Source: Bdellovibrionia bacterium (lineage in GTDB: Bacteria; Bdellovibrionota; UBA1018). Taken from it: a stretch of DNA of 36,548 bases. The stretch is taken from the NCBI GenBank assembly GCA_041752095.1, contig JBGSHQ010000133.1, forward strand, positions 1-36,548. Direction: 5' to 3'. Numbering within the stretch: position 1 is the first letter of the stretch; every line of letters starts with the position of its first letter. The notes below the pieces were generated by a model. The model searched no databases. It was given only the letters and a program-made list of their open reading frames with translations, and was not told the DNA's origin. Shown piece after piece: positions 8,289 to 18,543 of this stretch. Both the position numbers and the translations under genes were made by a program.

Positions 8289-9046
8289 TTTAGAATTACG
8301 GCGATCATATTATTTCCTAAAAAATTAAAGGGTGTCAGAACTGTGTAAATCATTTTAGCGACAGAAAGACGTATGATTTTTGGAAAAAGAATCGTTATTT
8401 TATAAATTAAATAATTATGGTCCCAGATGCGATTCACATATATTTTTTTAAAGTCTCTAAGGAGAAAGCTTTTAACAGTTTGTTCGATCATCTTTTTATC
8501 CCAGCGGTACACATAGTTCGTTGCATCCTCTGTTTTTTCCCACTCAGAACCGAACCAGTTCCCAACGATACCATTATAAGGTTCGATAATAATTGCAGCA
8601 CGCTTAGCGACTCGCAACATCTCGGTTAATCCTAGAGCCGGTCGTGTGAGATGGTGAAGTCCGTCATGGACGATTACTATGTCGAAACTACTATCAGGGA
8701 TATCCATAGACTCAGCGTCTAAGTTTAAAGTAATCAAACGGGTTTCAATTTTTTTGGCTATATTTAATGCATTTATTGAAATGTCGCTTACCGTTATGTT
8801 CCCGAAGCCGTTGCGTAAAAAAAAGGCTCCTTCTCCACCAACCCCTCCACATACGGAAAGTATTTTAAATTTTCTGAGATCGTTTCCGAAGCTTTTTTCT
8901 AAAATCTTTAAGCTGATATTTAGTCGTCTATCGCGAAGAAATCGTGTGAGAGGATCTTTAGTGAAGTGGTAATTAAACCGTTCATGAGCATCTGATGTGT
9001 AGAAAATTTCATGAGCCTTTTTTTGCTCAAGTGTCGGTAGAGTCAT
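8285..9046 (-). CDS. Class I SAM-dependent methyltransferase
   Basis: ILSVCGGVGGEGAFFLRNGFGNITVSDIS (motif I plus an acidic post-I residue) and FDIVIVHDGLHH. It overlaps the downstream start by 4 nt. Confidence 0.75.
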   Translation of the reverse strand: MTLPTLEQKKAHEIFYTSDAHERFNYHFTKDPLTRFLRDRRLNISLKILEKSFGNDLRKFKILSVCGGVGGEGAFFLRNGFGNITVSDISINALNIAKKIETRLITLNLDAESMDIPDSSFDIVIVHDGLHHLTRPALGLTEMLRVAKRAAIIIEPYNGIVGNWFGSEWEKTEDATNYVYRWDKKMIEQTVKSFLLRDFKKIYVNRIWDHNYLIYKITILFPKIIRLSVAKMIYTVLTPFNFLGNNMIAVILK

Positions 9047-9106
9047 TTATATTCACATACATGTTTTATGTTAATTTGGGTTTTTTTATTCATTTATATC
9101 AATACT

Positions 9107-10681
9107 CTACCGACAAAACCGATACTTATTCCATGAAAACGAATGACACCTTAGCTTAGACCAGTCCATCCCTGGAACCTTCGGTTCGTGGCCGACAGGG
9201 GAAAAAATGACATAGTCTCGGCTTTCATTTGTGCGACCGTGAGATACGTATTCTCCGCTTAGAAGGGTTTTCGAGTTCAAATAGATTGGGGAAAATTTTT
9301 CTAGATACCAGCTATGCAACCCGCCAATCCAGTCACCGGAATCGGTCGTGAGTAGTTGTTCACCCACTCCCACACCGACTAGTACCAGCTTTCCTCGATC
9401 AGGAAGCTTTTCATAAAAATTTCGAAACGATACGAAATCGTAATTGATCTTGGCTGGACTCCCACCCTCTATGTTAGAGCGTGCCATTTCGAAGGAATGC
9501 ATGAGTCCAAAGGCAAGAACACCTATTGAGAACGCACATTTGATTAAGAAGGGAGTTTTTAAAAGACTGGACCGAATTCGCGTCGAATAACTAACAACAT
9601 AAGCTACCGCTGCAAATAACACTGGGATGGAAAAAAGGAAGTATCTTCCCATAACAGCGAAATGATTCGCATTCGTCGATAAAAGCATTAGGAAAGGGCC
9701 ACCAAATCCCAAGGACAGTAAAAATATCGCAGAATGCGAGACGACTCGATCTCGAATAAATAGTGTCCTAGTACAGAGACCTAAAAGTGCGACCAGTAAA
9801 ATCGAAAGAATGATCCATCCACCTGTAGTCCCAAAAGGAAGTAAAAGCGAAACTTGTTTCGTAAGCGTTTCTGGTACTTCGAGTATGGTTTTTCCGAGTA
9901 CCTTCCATTTCGATCCATCTGGAATCCATAGGACATAGCGGCACTCGAAAATATAAAATAGGTAAGGAATGACCCCGGGGCTGATATCTTTTAGGAGCTT
10001 AAATGCTTCGATTCCAACCCGGAAGTGGGATCTTTTTTTCCATTCGAGAATTTTATTCAAGATAATCGAAACTGAATAAATTAGTAAGAGGTAAGCTATC
10101 AGTACGAGCGAGATATGAAAAAGTAAACCTAGAGTTGTGACGGCAGAAACGCGAATGAAGTTTTTTTGAGAAAAGTTACTCTTGATGAAAAATAATCCCT
10201 CCCAGGTGGCGAGCGTCATGAAAAATATGGCCCAAGAGTAAAATCGAGTTTCAGTAGCCCAATTAAATGGACCGGGTGCAGAAATAAAAAGACAAAGAAT
10301 GAATGAGCCAACAAGGGTAGAACGACTCCATTTTTCTGCATAAAAATAAGTCGCTATCGCAGAAGCCGCATAAACAAGAATATAGGGCAAACGCCAAAAT
10401 AACTCGGGAGAACTTTCGAGAAGCCAGCGGAGACTTCCGCACTTATAGAGGAGTCGCAGTACCAAGTTTTCTCCAGGTGGATTCGCAACATACTGCCTGA
10501 TTTGCCACCAAAAATTTTTCTCTCCGTGCCAGGGACTAAAAGCAGGAGCAATAGCTGAGATTTCATCTGCCCAAAAACTTAGTTTTGATGCTAAATACGC
10601 CTGAAGTGTCACCACGAAAACGATAACAATTGTAGCGGTAACCCAGCCGAATTTACTCTCTTTTTCGTAATGACTGTCCAT
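9107..10681 (-). CDS. GT-C-like polytopic membrane glycosyltransferase (ArnT/PMT_2-like)
   Basis: 524 aa with many TM helices. An acidic SFWADEISAI motif follows TM1 directly (D39/E40 at 10562-10567), as in GT-C enzymes. A soluble C-terminal domain is present. Confidence 0.6.
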   Translation of the reverse strand: MDSHYEKESKFGWVTATIVIVFVVTLQAYLASKLSFWADEISAIAPAFSPWHGEKNFWWQIRQYVANPPGENLVLRLLYKCGSLRWLLESSPELFWRLPYILVYAASAIATYFYAEKWSRSTLVGSFILCLFISAPGPFNWATETRFYSWAIFFMTLATWEGLFFIKSNFSQKNFIRVSAVTTLGLLFHISLVLIAYLLLIYSVSIILNKILEWKKRSHFRVGIEAFKLLKDISPGVIPYLFYIFECRYVLWIPDGSKWKVLGKTILEVPETLTKQVSLLLPFGTTGGWIILSILLVALLGLCTRTLFIRDRVVSHSAIFLLSLGFGGPFLMLLSTNANHFAVMGRYFLFSIPVLFAAVAYVVSYSTRIRSSLLKTPFLIKCAFSIGVLAFGLMHSFEMARSNIEGGSPAKINYDFVSFRNFYEKLPDRGKLVLVGVGVGEQLLTTDSGDWIGGLHSWYLEKFSPIYLNSKTLLSGEYVSHGRTNESRDYVIFSPVGHEPKVPGMDWSKLRCHSFSWNKYRFCR

Positions 10682-10692
10682 TTGATTTTACT

Positions 10693-11598
10693 TTACTTCG
10701 AGTTATTCGTGCGAGGCAAGAAGTAGGGCTTTTCACTCAATTCCAGTATCAGGGCTTTCGTTCCGAGGATGGCAATATTTGGCGACCGTCTGAAAACCGC
10801 TTTTATTAAAGTATAAATGAATAGTTTTCCTATGAGTGCAGTAAAAACCAGCCTCGGACAGTGCCGATGGAAGAACCGCACCGAATTTCGCATGACGAAT
10901 GAATGGTGTAAGGCTCGGTCATGAACTCGCGCTCCACCTCTCGGCGCCGCGAGGTGTTTTAGGGACGCTTCCGGATCGAAGACGATACCGTTAGGAAACT
11001 CTTTTGATAATCGTAGAGTCGCATCACTCTCGAAGTAGTATCCATTCCCCCCGAACCCTTCATCGAAACCATCGATGTGGAGAAGTTTTTTTCGATCGAA
11101 AGACATATTCGCGCCTTGGGCGAAAACGCAAGTTTGGCGAATCAGGCCGTTAAACCGAAATAGCATTCCGCCGGTCCATCGGTTAAATTTTCCGACTGCG
11201 CGTACCCTTTCGGGCGGGAGATCCCCCGTAGGCTGTTCGACTCTTCCAGCGACCCCGGCGATCATTTTATCGGCGTAATTCTTTAAGTGCGCTTCGACGA
11301 GTCTGGGGGACGGAACGACATCATCATCGATGTAGAGAATCACATCGGACTTCGCCTCCTGGAGCAGTCGATTCATATTAAAGACAACACCTTTCGGTTC
11401 GGTACGGAGATGGCGAATGAGTGGAGATCGTGACTTTAAGTAGGTATCGAGTTCAGGGAGGGGTGGGGAGTTCTGGTCAGATACTAAAATTTCATCGGGC
11501 AGCCTCGTACCCGCTAGAATTCCTTCGATCGTGTCGCGGACTTCTTCGAATCGACCGAGGGTCGGAATGGCTAGGGTGAGGGTGAGGGAATTTCCCAT
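10693..11598 (-). CDS. Glycosyltransferase family 2
   Basis: LTLAIPTLGRFEEVRDTIEGIL...ILVSDQNS...VILYIDDDVVPSP. 301 aa with no TM segments. Confidence 0.8.
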   Translation of the reverse strand: MGNSLTLTLAIPTLGRFEEVRDTIEGILAGTRLPDEILVSDQNSPPLPELDTYLKSRSPLIRHLRTEPKGVVFNMNRLLQEAKSDVILYIDDDVVPSPRLVEAHLKNYADKMIAGVAGRVEQPTGDLPPERVRAVGKFNRWTGGMLFRFNGLIRQTCVFAQGANMSFDRKKLLHIDGFDEGFGGNGYYFESDATLRLSKEFPNGIVFDPEASLKHLAAPRGGARVHDRALHHSFVMRNSVRFFHRHCPRLVFTALIGKLFIYTLIKAVFRRSPNIAILGTKALILELSEKPYFLPRTNNSK

Positions 11599-11827
11599 TA
11601 CTTAACGTTTATATCAGAGGCGGCTGGAAATCGCCTGCTTCGGCATGACACCGCGTATCGCGATGTACGCTATAATGATCAATGTGCGTTGAATTTGTAC
11701 ATCAGAGAGTACATTGTTTGCTTTAGACTGTAGTGGTGCTTGCTTCCCGCGTGGGCGTTGATCGCCGAACCATTAGCCAACTCGAACGGGGTAATCCTAA
11801 ACTTCTAATGGGGTATGAATTCGAAAC
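11599..11827. promoter_or_regulatory. Divergent 229-bp intergenic region (GT2 leftward, GT4/wzx/fcl/galE operon rightward)
   Basis: This is the largest non-coding gap in the window. A perfect TATAAT lies at 11671-11676 on the plus strand. The best -35-like hexamer (ATGACA, 11645-11650) is 20 nt away, which is too far for a canonical sigma-70 promoter. Confidence 0.35.
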
Positions 11828-12823
11828 ATGAAATGGCTCCAGTGGTCTAAAATTAACTTAGAAACCGGTCTGGGCGGCGTGGAAACCCACGCTCGGTCAC
11901 TGGCTCGCGAACTTAAGGCACTCGGAATTTTAGTCGAATTTTCTTCTAAAGATTCCGATCTTAGGAGCGACGAATGGGATGTGATCCATACCCATGGAAG
12001 TGGATTCACTTCGTCCCATTCTCGCGCCGTTTCTGTGCATACTCTTCATGGGACAACCTTCGGTCGAATGGCTGCGTGCGGCGAATGGATTTGGCCGGGG
12101 GGGTATCTCGCCGAAAAAAAAGAAATCGAAGGAGTACTTCGCTCCGATGTAACCCTTTCGGTCCATCCCGGGCTTTCTCTTTATAAACTTGCTCGGGCGA
12201 TCGGGAAATCTCATGCGGTCTGTGGAAATGGATGGGACTCTGCGAGTGAAGCAAGTGACCCTAGTGCGAGTGAAGCGCGAGCCGATATGCCCGCATCTTT
12301 ATCGCGTCTAGACCGAACGCGCCCGTTTTGGCTTTATATCGGCCGGGGAGATGACGTCGTGAAAGGGGCAGACCGAGTAAGGGAATTAATTTCTAAGTCG
12401 AAGGACATACAGCTCGTCGCGGCCCCAGGAACGGGTTTCGAAGGAATAAAAGAAGTCATTCAAACAGGACGCCTGGGTCCCGAACAGATCAGAACTCTTA
12501 TGCGGGAGTCGCATGGCCTTTTAGTTCCATCTCGCTACGAAGGAAACTCGCTTGTCGTACTTGAAGCCTTGTCTCTGGGCTTAAATGTCGTCTCGACCCG
12601 AGTGGGGGCTGCACCGATTTTTCCACCCGGGGTTCAGGGCTTGGAAATTTTAGAATCATCGCGACCGGATGATATGCTCCGAGTGATGAAAAAAACTGAA
12701 GGAGATTTTAAAAATCAGGATGCGCGTAGAATCCGGAGCGAAGCGAATCGAGCGCTTCTCCCGCGCTGGCGTGATGTGGCTCGGATTTCATTAGATGCCG
12801 TCGAAAGCTTTAAACGAAAATGA
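11828..12823 (+). CDS. Glycosyltransferase family 4 (GT-B, group 1)
   Basis: The N-terminus has GGVETHARSLARELKALG. The C-terminus has LLVPSRYEGNSLVVLEALSLGLNVVSTRVGA, the EX7E region. Confidence 0.8.
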   Translation: MKWLQWSKINLETGLGGVETHARSLARELKALGILVEFSSKDSDLRSDEWDVIHTHGSGFTSSHSRAVSVHTLHGTTFGRMAACGEWIWPGGYLAEKKEIEGVLRSDVTLSVHPGLSLYKLARAIGKSHAVCGNGWDSASEASDPSASEARADMPASLSRLDRTRPFWLYIGRGDDVVKGADRVRELISKSKDIQLVAAPGTGFEGIKEVIQTGRLGPEQIRTLMRESHGLLVPSRYEGNSLVVLEALSLGLNVVSTRVGAAPIFPPGVQGLEILESSRPDDMLRVMKKTEGDFKNQDARRIRSEANRALLPRWRDVARISLDAVESFKRK

Positions 12824-13899
12824 AATCGCTCTGGATCGTACCTGAAACTGCCGGAGGAATTCGTAACTACGCTGATGTGCTCGCTCCCGAAATGGGTGAG
12901 GAGTGCCGTGTTGTGTTTAATCTTCCGGAGTGGCGTGAAATCGAAAACGCGGCAGAAAAACTCGTTCACATCCAACACGAGTTCGGACTTTTTGGTTCTA
13001 AGCTTCCAGGTTTTTACATTTTCCCTAAATGGATGAAGCGGATGAAAAAGGCGAACCCGTCTAAAAAATGGATCGTGACTTCGCACACAGTTTTAGGAAA
13101 AGACTGGAAGTATTCGACTTCGGGTCGTGGGATTCGAGCTCTTATTTACCGATTTTTAAATGGGGTAGTTCTCCCTTTTTCTCGGAGATCGTGGATCCAA
13201 GGCACGTGGGGACAGTTCGATGGAGTGATCGTCCATTCTAAACACCAGCTCGAGACCGTGCTAAGTTCGGGATGTCGAATGGTCGAAGTCATTCCGCATT
13301 TTGTCCCGAAGGTTTCGATCGGGGTTTCTTCGGTTTCACGCGACTCCTCTGTTTTACTCTTCGGATATTTTTCCCCAGAAAAAGGGCAGGATATTGCGAT
13401 TCGTGCATGGGCAATACTGGGTCAGGATGCACCGAAATTAGTCCTAGCGGGAGGAGTACGCCGAGAGGAAGACCAGTGGTATTACGATTCCTGCATTCAT
13501 GAAATTTCGAGGCTTGGGCTTAAAGATAAAATCGAGATTACGGGGTATGTGAAATCCGAGGAAGTAGGCGGATTTTTTTCTCGTGCTGGGATCGTACTTG
13601 CGCCTTTCCGAGAAACAAGTGGTTCGGGTTCTCTCGCTACCGCTCTAGGATTTGGATCTGCAGTGCTTGCTTCGGATCTTCCATTAAACTGCGAGATCGA
13701 TGAAAGAGTTCCTGGGAGTATTACTTTTTTTAAATCGAATTCAACGGAATCACTCGCAGCTGAGATTAAAAAATTAATGAACGATGCTTCACGAATCGAG
13801 AAACTTCGTGAATGCGCAAAAATTTATGCGGATAGTGTAACACCTGAAAAAATCGCGCGTCTCCATCACGCGTTTTATCAGAAAGTGGTGCGGTCTTGA
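12820..13899 (+). CDS. Glycosyltransferase family 4 (GT-B, group 1)
   Basis: VHIQHEFGLFG...VLLFGYFSPEKGQD...ITGYV...IVLAPFRETSGSGSLATALGFGSAVLASDLP. The start forms an ATGA overlap with the upstream gene. Confidence 0.8.
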   Translation: MKSLWIVPETAGGIRNYADVLAPEMGEECRVVFNLPEWREIENAAEKLVHIQHEFGLFGSKLPGFYIFPKWMKRMKKANPSKKWIVTSHTVLGKDWKYSTSGRGIRALIYRFLNGVVLPFSRRSWIQGTWGQFDGVIVHSKHQLETVLSSGCRMVEVIPHFVPKVSIGVSSVSRDSSVLLFGYFSPEKGQDIAIRAWAILGQDAPKLVLAGGVRREEDQWYYDSCIHEISRLGLKDKIEITGYVKSEEVGGFFSRAGIVLAPFRETSGSGSLATALGFGSAVLASDLPLNCEIDERVPGSITFFKSNSTESLAAEIKKLMNDASRIEKLRECAKIYADSVTPEKIARLHHAFYQKVVRS

Positions 13900-15194
13900 A
13901 AAAGTGGATCTCTCACGGAGCGTGGAATATTTTAGAGCATGGGCTCACTCGTGGACTCGATGCTGCCGCTACGCTCATCATTCTCTGGTGCGTGCCCACT
14001 GAGGTTTTTTCCCAGCTCGCAATATCCCAGGCTTACGTCGCCCCGATGCTTTTTTTCTTTATCTCTCCCGAAACCGCTTTATATCGCGATTTTGGAAAAT
14101 GGATGGAAGAGGGACCGGCTGCGATGCTCTCTCGGCTTAGGTACTTTAGACGATTTGCTTATTTTAAAGCCTTCGCGGCCATTTTACTCTCTGCCGTCAT
14201 AGCTGCGATCACTTCGAGTCTGCCCGGATCTGATTATTCCTTTAGCGATCGATTTTCAGCTCTCGTCTGGGCTTTTTCACTCCCTCTTATTCCCCAGGTC
14301 TCTGGCCCGGACCGAGAATTTTTACGTCTGAGTCTTGATCTAAAAGTATTAAACCTCGTCACACTTTTTCAGCGTGGGCTTTATTTAGTTCTACTCCTGC
14401 CGATCTTAATATTTTTTCCGGGCTCATTTCCTCTTTTAGGAGTGACCTCGGTCTTAACCCTCATCCTCACGAGCTGGTTTTCGCGTCGATGGGTCGAACG
14501 CCACTTTTTAGGAGTATTATCCCCTCACTTTAATTTTTCAGAATTCGTTCGAGTGAATCGAAATGCGTTTCTGGGTTTTTCACTTGGAAACCACATCAGC
14601 GGCGTCATCATGGGATGGGTCCAAACCCTCGACTTATTTTTCTTAGGATGGTTTAGGCTTCCCGCAGCGGAAATCGGAATCTACAGCGTTGTTTTGAAAC
14701 TTTCTAATTTTACGCTCGCCATTCCTTATGCGGTCTCGAACTTCCATAACGTCGTATTAGGGCGAGGGCGCACGGAGCATGAGGGGCGCAGACTCGTTCT
14801 CCTGTCGGTAGGACTCCTTGCTTTCTGCGGTCTTCAAGCCTGGATTTTTTATCTTTCTGCTCCCTGGATTTTAGAACTCTTTTCACGTGGACGCTGGACC
14901 GCAGTCGACCAAAGCCGAATGCTCGGATGGCTTAGGTTTATTCTTCCTGCGAGCGCAGTATTCGCTTCGACCCTTTTCTGGGGGGGCTGGATGACGATAC
15001 GCAGGTCGTTATCTCGGTTAGTTTATTTCGTCTATGTGCCTTGGGCTGGGGTGAGTGCCTGGATTTATGCGTCGGCGGTATCTTCGGGTGGCGCTGACGC
15101 CGTAGCGCGGGCGAACCTACCCGTTATGGGTGTTTTAGTCGTTTTATTCACGCTCTTTTCTCTATATGAAGGATTCTGTGGAAAAAAACGCTAA
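13896..15194 (+). CDS. Wzx-like oligosaccharide flippase (MOP superfamily membrane protein)
   Basis: 432 aa with about 12 hydrophobic segments. It directly follows two cytoplasmic GTs. The TTG start overlaps the upstream TGA stop (TTGA). Confidence 0.65.
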   Translation: MKKWISHGAWNILEHGLTRGLDAAATLIILWCVPTEVFSQLAISQAYVAPMLFFFISPETALYRDFGKWMEEGPAAMLSRLRYFRRFAYFKAFAAILLSAVIAAITSSLPGSDYSFSDRFSALVWAFSLPLIPQVSGPDREFLRLSLDLKVLNLVTLFQRGLYLVLLLPILIFFPGSFPLLGVTSVLTLILTSWFSRRWVERHFLGVLSPHFNFSEFVRVNRNAFLGFSLGNHISGVIMGWVQTLDLFFLGWFRLPAAEIGIYSVVLKLSNFTLAIPYAVSNFHNVVLGRGRTEHEGRRLVLLSVGLLAFCGLQAWIFYLSAPWILELFSRGRWTAVDQSRMLGWLRFILPASAVFASTLFWGGWMTIRRSLSRLVYFVYVPWAGVSAWIYASAVSSGGADAVARANLPVMGVLVVLFTLFSLYEGFCGKKR

Positions 15195-16113
15195 GATTTT
15201 TATCGCAGGGCATCGTGGACTCGTTGGTTCTGCGGTTGTTCGAAGGCTTCAGGCTCTCGGATACTCGAATTTAGTTCTTCGGGGTCGTGCCGAGCTTGAT
15301 CTTTTAAATCAATCCGCGGTTCACACTTTCTTTTCAAGTGAGAAACCCGATTACGTTATCCACGCGGCAGGTAAGGTGGGGGGAATTCACGCGAACTCCA
15401 CTCTTCAGGCTGACTTTCTTTACGAGAATTTAATGGTGGCAGCGAATGTAATCCACGCCGCTGCTGAAAACTCCACGCGTAAGCTCCTCTTTTTAGGAAG
15501 CTCCTGCATTTATCCGAAGTTCGCAAAACAACCGATTCATGAATCGGAACTTTTAGCGTCCCCACTCGAACCGACGAACGAAGGTTACGCCGTCGCTAAG
15601 ATCGCAGGCCTAAAGCTCTGTTCGATGTACCATCGCCAGTACGGAAAAGATTTTATCTCCGCAATGCCAACAAACCTTTATGGGCCGAATGATAATTTCG
15701 ACCTAAATTCTTCTCACGTTCTTCCTGCTCTTCTTCGTAAGTTTCACGATGCGAAGTCTCTCGGAAAAAGCGAAGTCGTTCTCTGGGGAACGGGTAAGCC
15801 CCTTCGGGAATTTCTCCACGTCGATGATCTCGCGGATGGGTTAGTGACGGTTATGGAGAAATATTCTGGCGAGACCACAATTAATGTAGGCTCGGGAACA
15901 GAAATTACGATCGAGGGTCTAGCGCGCGTGATCGGTGAAGTTTTAGGATTTAAAGGTAAAATCGTTTTCGATTCGACGAAACCCGATGGCACGCCCCGGA
16001 AGTTTTTAGATTCAGGCAGGCTACGTGAGCTCGGGTGGAAACCGTCGATCAGTCTCGCGGACGGAATTAAGAGTACTTACGACTGGGCTCTCGCAGAGGG
16101 AGTTTTTCGCTAA
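15166..16113 (+). CDS. fcl: GDP-L-fucose synthase (GDP-4-keto-6-deoxy-D-mannose 3,5-epimerase/4-reductase)
   Basis: Long runs match my recollection of E. coli Fcl: [88 protein letters not shown]. Confidence 0.9.
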   Translation: MKDSVEKNAKIFIAGHRGLVGSAVVRRLQALGYSNLVLRGRAELDLLNQSAVHTFFSSEKPDYVIHAAGKVGGIHANSTLQADFLYENLMVAANVIHAAAENSTRKLLFLGSSCIYPKFAKQPIHESELLASPLEPTNEGYAVAKIAGLKLCSMYHRQYGKDFISAMPTNLYGPNDNFDLNSSHVLPALLRKFHDAKSLGKSEVVLWGTGKPLREFLHVDDLADGLVTVMEKYSGETTINVGSGTEITIEGLARVIGEVLGFKGKIVFDSTKPDGTPRKFLDSGRLRELGWKPSISLADGIKSTYDWALAEGVFR

Positions 16114-17148
16114 ATGTCGAAACCGATTCTGATTACGGGAGCGGCTGGGTATATCGGATCGCATGCTCTGCGATTTTTTCTTAAGCAGGGCCGAACCGTC
16201 ATCGCACTCGATGATTTTTCGACGGGTAACCGCTGGGCGGTTCCATCTGATGTCCCCCTTTATGAGGGAGATTTTTCGGATCTATCCCTCGTCGCGAAAA
16301 TTCACCGCGAGACCGGATTCGATTCTGTCATTCATTTCGCAGCGAAAACTTCGGTCGAGGAGTCTGTAAAAAAACCAGGCCTTTATTATACCGAGAACAC
16401 AGCGAAGACGATTACTCTAATCGAGCCGTGTTTAGAGCTTGCAGTTCAGAACTTCATCTTTTCTTCGACCTGTGCTCTTTACGGGACTCCTCGTGAAATT
16501 TCTGCATCCGGTGTGAATGAGTCCACTCCCGTACTTCCCGAAAGTCCGTACGGGTGGAGTAAGTATTTTTCGGAGCGATGTTTAGAAGATATTTCGAAAT
16601 CGGGTAAAATGCGGTTCGCATCCCTCCGCTATTTTAATGTAGCCGGAGCAGAACCTGATGGGTCGCTTGGGGTATCGAATTCTAAGGTAAAAGCGCTCGT
16701 CACTGTAGCGGCCCAGGCAGCACACGATGATTCTAAAATCACTATTCATGGCGATGATTATTCGACGAAGGATGGGACTTGCGAACGGGATTATATCCAC
16801 GTCGTCGATCTCGTCGACGCCCACTATAGGGTTTTAAAATACTTAGAGGCCGGTGGCTCATCTACAGTTTTTAACTGTGGATATGGAAAGTCTTATTCTG
16901 TTCGAGAGATTATTTCGACGATGGAAAAAGTAGCGGGTAAAAAAATTCATACGGAAACCGGTCCTAGGCGAGCGGGAGATTTGAAAAGTATTTTTTCTGA
17001 CTCCACCCGACTTCGCACACTAACGGAGTGGAAACCCCGGTATGACGATATCTTCGAAATCTGTCGAAGTGCGTTTCAGTGGGAGTCAGTGGGCCATAAA
17101 AAAATTTCGTTAGGCGCCACTACTGGCATTTCAGCATCGAAAAAGTAG
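16114..17148 (+). CDS. galE: UDP-glucose (or UDP-GlcNAc) 4-epimerase
   Basis: ILITGAAGYIGSH, the catalytic SPYGWSKYFSE (YxxxK), LRYFNVAGAEPDGSLG and RDYIHVVDL. The ATG follows the fcl stop with no gap. Confidence 0.85.
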   Translation: MSKPILITGAAGYIGSHALRFFLKQGRTVIALDDFSTGNRWAVPSDVPLYEGDFSDLSLVAKIHRETGFDSVIHFAAKTSVEESVKKPGLYYTENTAKTITLIEPCLELAVQNFIFSSTCALYGTPREISASGVNESTPVLPESPYGWSKYFSERCLEDISKSGKMRFASLRYFNVAGAEPDGSLGVSNSKVKALVTVAAQAAHDDSKITIHGDDYSTKDGTCERDYIHVVDLVDAHYRVLKYLEAGGSSTVFNCGYGKSYSVREIISTMEKVAGKKIHTETGPRRAGDLKSIFSDSTRLRTLTEWKPRYDDIFEICRSAFQWESVGHKKISLGATTGISASKK

Positions 17149-18532
17149 ACCCTCGCCAGTAATTTTCACAACCTTTAGGTTCTGGGTAGAGAAGTTTAGT
17201 TTCTCCAACGAGCCACTTCAGTGATTTTTCTTTTATTTCCGAACGTTTTTCGATGTAAGGAGGATTAAATCCCGCCTTATAGATCATCATCGTGTAGGGA
17301 TAAAATTCACGAAGAACTTGGGTGTTTTCAGCTGTCGCCTTCCCCTGTTCTGTGAGGGTTCTCAGTTCGCGATTAATAGCCGACTGTTCTTTTGATGGAC
17401 AGTCGGTTTCTTTTTTTCTTTTAAACTCATGGTGGGCATTTTGCGAAACGGCGAGTGTCCATGTTGCCATAATCGCGATGGTGGCAGTGGCGAGAGTTTC
17501 TTTAGGAAACCATCCCGCAAACCTTCGGGCGATGAGTGCACCCCAGTAGGGCGCAAAGCCGATTAATGTGAAGACGAGGATAGCGCTCCATTGTTTACCG
17601 ACAGGTGTTTTTCCCAAGATCAGAAAATAGGCGACCGAGATGATGAAAAAAAGAAAGGCGGTGATTTGGGAGGTTGGCGCTTTTCGTCTTCGAAATAAAA
17701 ATCCGGCCCCTCCGATAAAGAGAAAGAGCCCTGAAAGGAAGAGTGGAATCATTTCTTTTCCCGAATAATAGGCGAGTAGTGTTCCAGGCGCCGTGTCCTG
17801 AGCGATTCGAGTCGATGCTTTTAAAAATCCATCGAGATACCCTAATACGGTTTCTCCGCGTTCGCTTGCGATCCAGAAGGTATTCGCGAGCAGTGTAACC
17901 CCGATACCTAATCCCGCAAAAATAGCAGAGCGCATCGATACTAGGACTGCGGTGAGTCCGACAGCAGGAATGAGAAAAAGAAAAGTAGGCTTAATAATGA
18001 AGATAAAAACAGAGAGCACGCCAGCGATTAGAAACATTTTCTTATCGAGGATACGGTATAAAAGTGCGCCTATGAAAAATGCGAGACCTTCTCCGAGAAA
18101 ACCGAAGACAAAGTATCCCCCGAATGGAATTTTAGAGAGTCCATAAGTAAAGATCCAGACTCCCAAAGGTACGGCTAACCAATTTCGATCTCGCTCGTAA
18201 CTCGTTCGAGCAAGGGTTACGAGAAGTGCAAAGAAACAAAAATAAATAAACATTCGTCCTGAATGCGCTATGTCTTCGTTCGCAATGCGGCTCACGGCCG
18301 TCGTTCCCCACGCCATAGGAACTCCGGCTGTAATGTTCGGATCGAAGGGTGGCGAATCAGACATCCGGTAGCCTTTTCCTTCCGACCAGTTCTGGGATGC
18401 CTGTGCAAAAAAAGACTCATCGAGTGTGAAATTAAAACAGCTCCAAGGGTTCTGATTTTTTAAGAGATCAGCCGCAGGTAGAAGGAGAGCGATGAAAACA
18501 CTAATGAGGAAAATGATTTTTTTTAGGGACAT
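17120..18532 (-). CDS. GT-C-like polytopic membrane protein with a soluble C-terminal domain
   Basis: The track ORF runs to 18610. I prefer the ATG at 18530-18532 (MSLKKIIFLISVFIALLLP...), which removes the overlap with the upstream gene and starts at a signal/TM helix. LDESFFAQAS follows TM1 directly (D38/E39 at 18416-18421). Confidence 0.55.
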   Translation of the reverse strand: MSLKKIIFLISVFIALLLPAADLLKNQNPWSCFNFTLDESFFAQASQNWSEGKGYRMSDSPPFDPNITAGVPMAWGTTAVSRIANEDIAHSGRMFIYFCFFALLVTLARTSYERDRNWLAVPLGVWIFTYGLSKIPFGGYFVFGFLGEGLAFFIGALLYRILDKKMFLIAGVLSVFIFIIKPTFLFLIPAVGLTAVLVSMRSAIFAGLGIGVTLLANTFWIASERGETVLGYLDGFLKASTRIAQDTAPGTLLAYYSGKEMIPLFLSGLFLFIGGAGFLFRRRKAPTSQITAFLFFIISVAYFLILGKTPVGKQWSAILVFTLIGFAPYWGALIARRFAGWFPKETLATATIAIMATWTLAVSQNAHHEFKRKKETDCPSKEQSAINRELRTLTEQGKATAENTQVLREFYPYTMMIYKAGFNPPYIEKRSEIKEKSLKWLVGETKLLYPEPKGCENYWRGSTFSMLKCQ

Positions 18533-18543
18533 ATATTTTTTAG

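Noticed and set aside
11671-11676. A perfect TATAAT in the 229-bp divergent intergenic region, considered as a defined sigma-70 promoter.
   Set aside because: No acceptable -35 hexamer lies at 16-18 nt spacing; the best, ATGACA, is 20 nt away. I kept only a low-confidence regulatory-region call.
12241-12276. Direct repeat TGCGAGTGAAGC (12241-12252 and 12265-12276) giving SASEASDP/SASEARAD in the GT4 interdomain linker.
   Set aside because: It is only two diverged 24-nt units in a low-complexity linker. It is most simply an old slippage duplication with no evident function.
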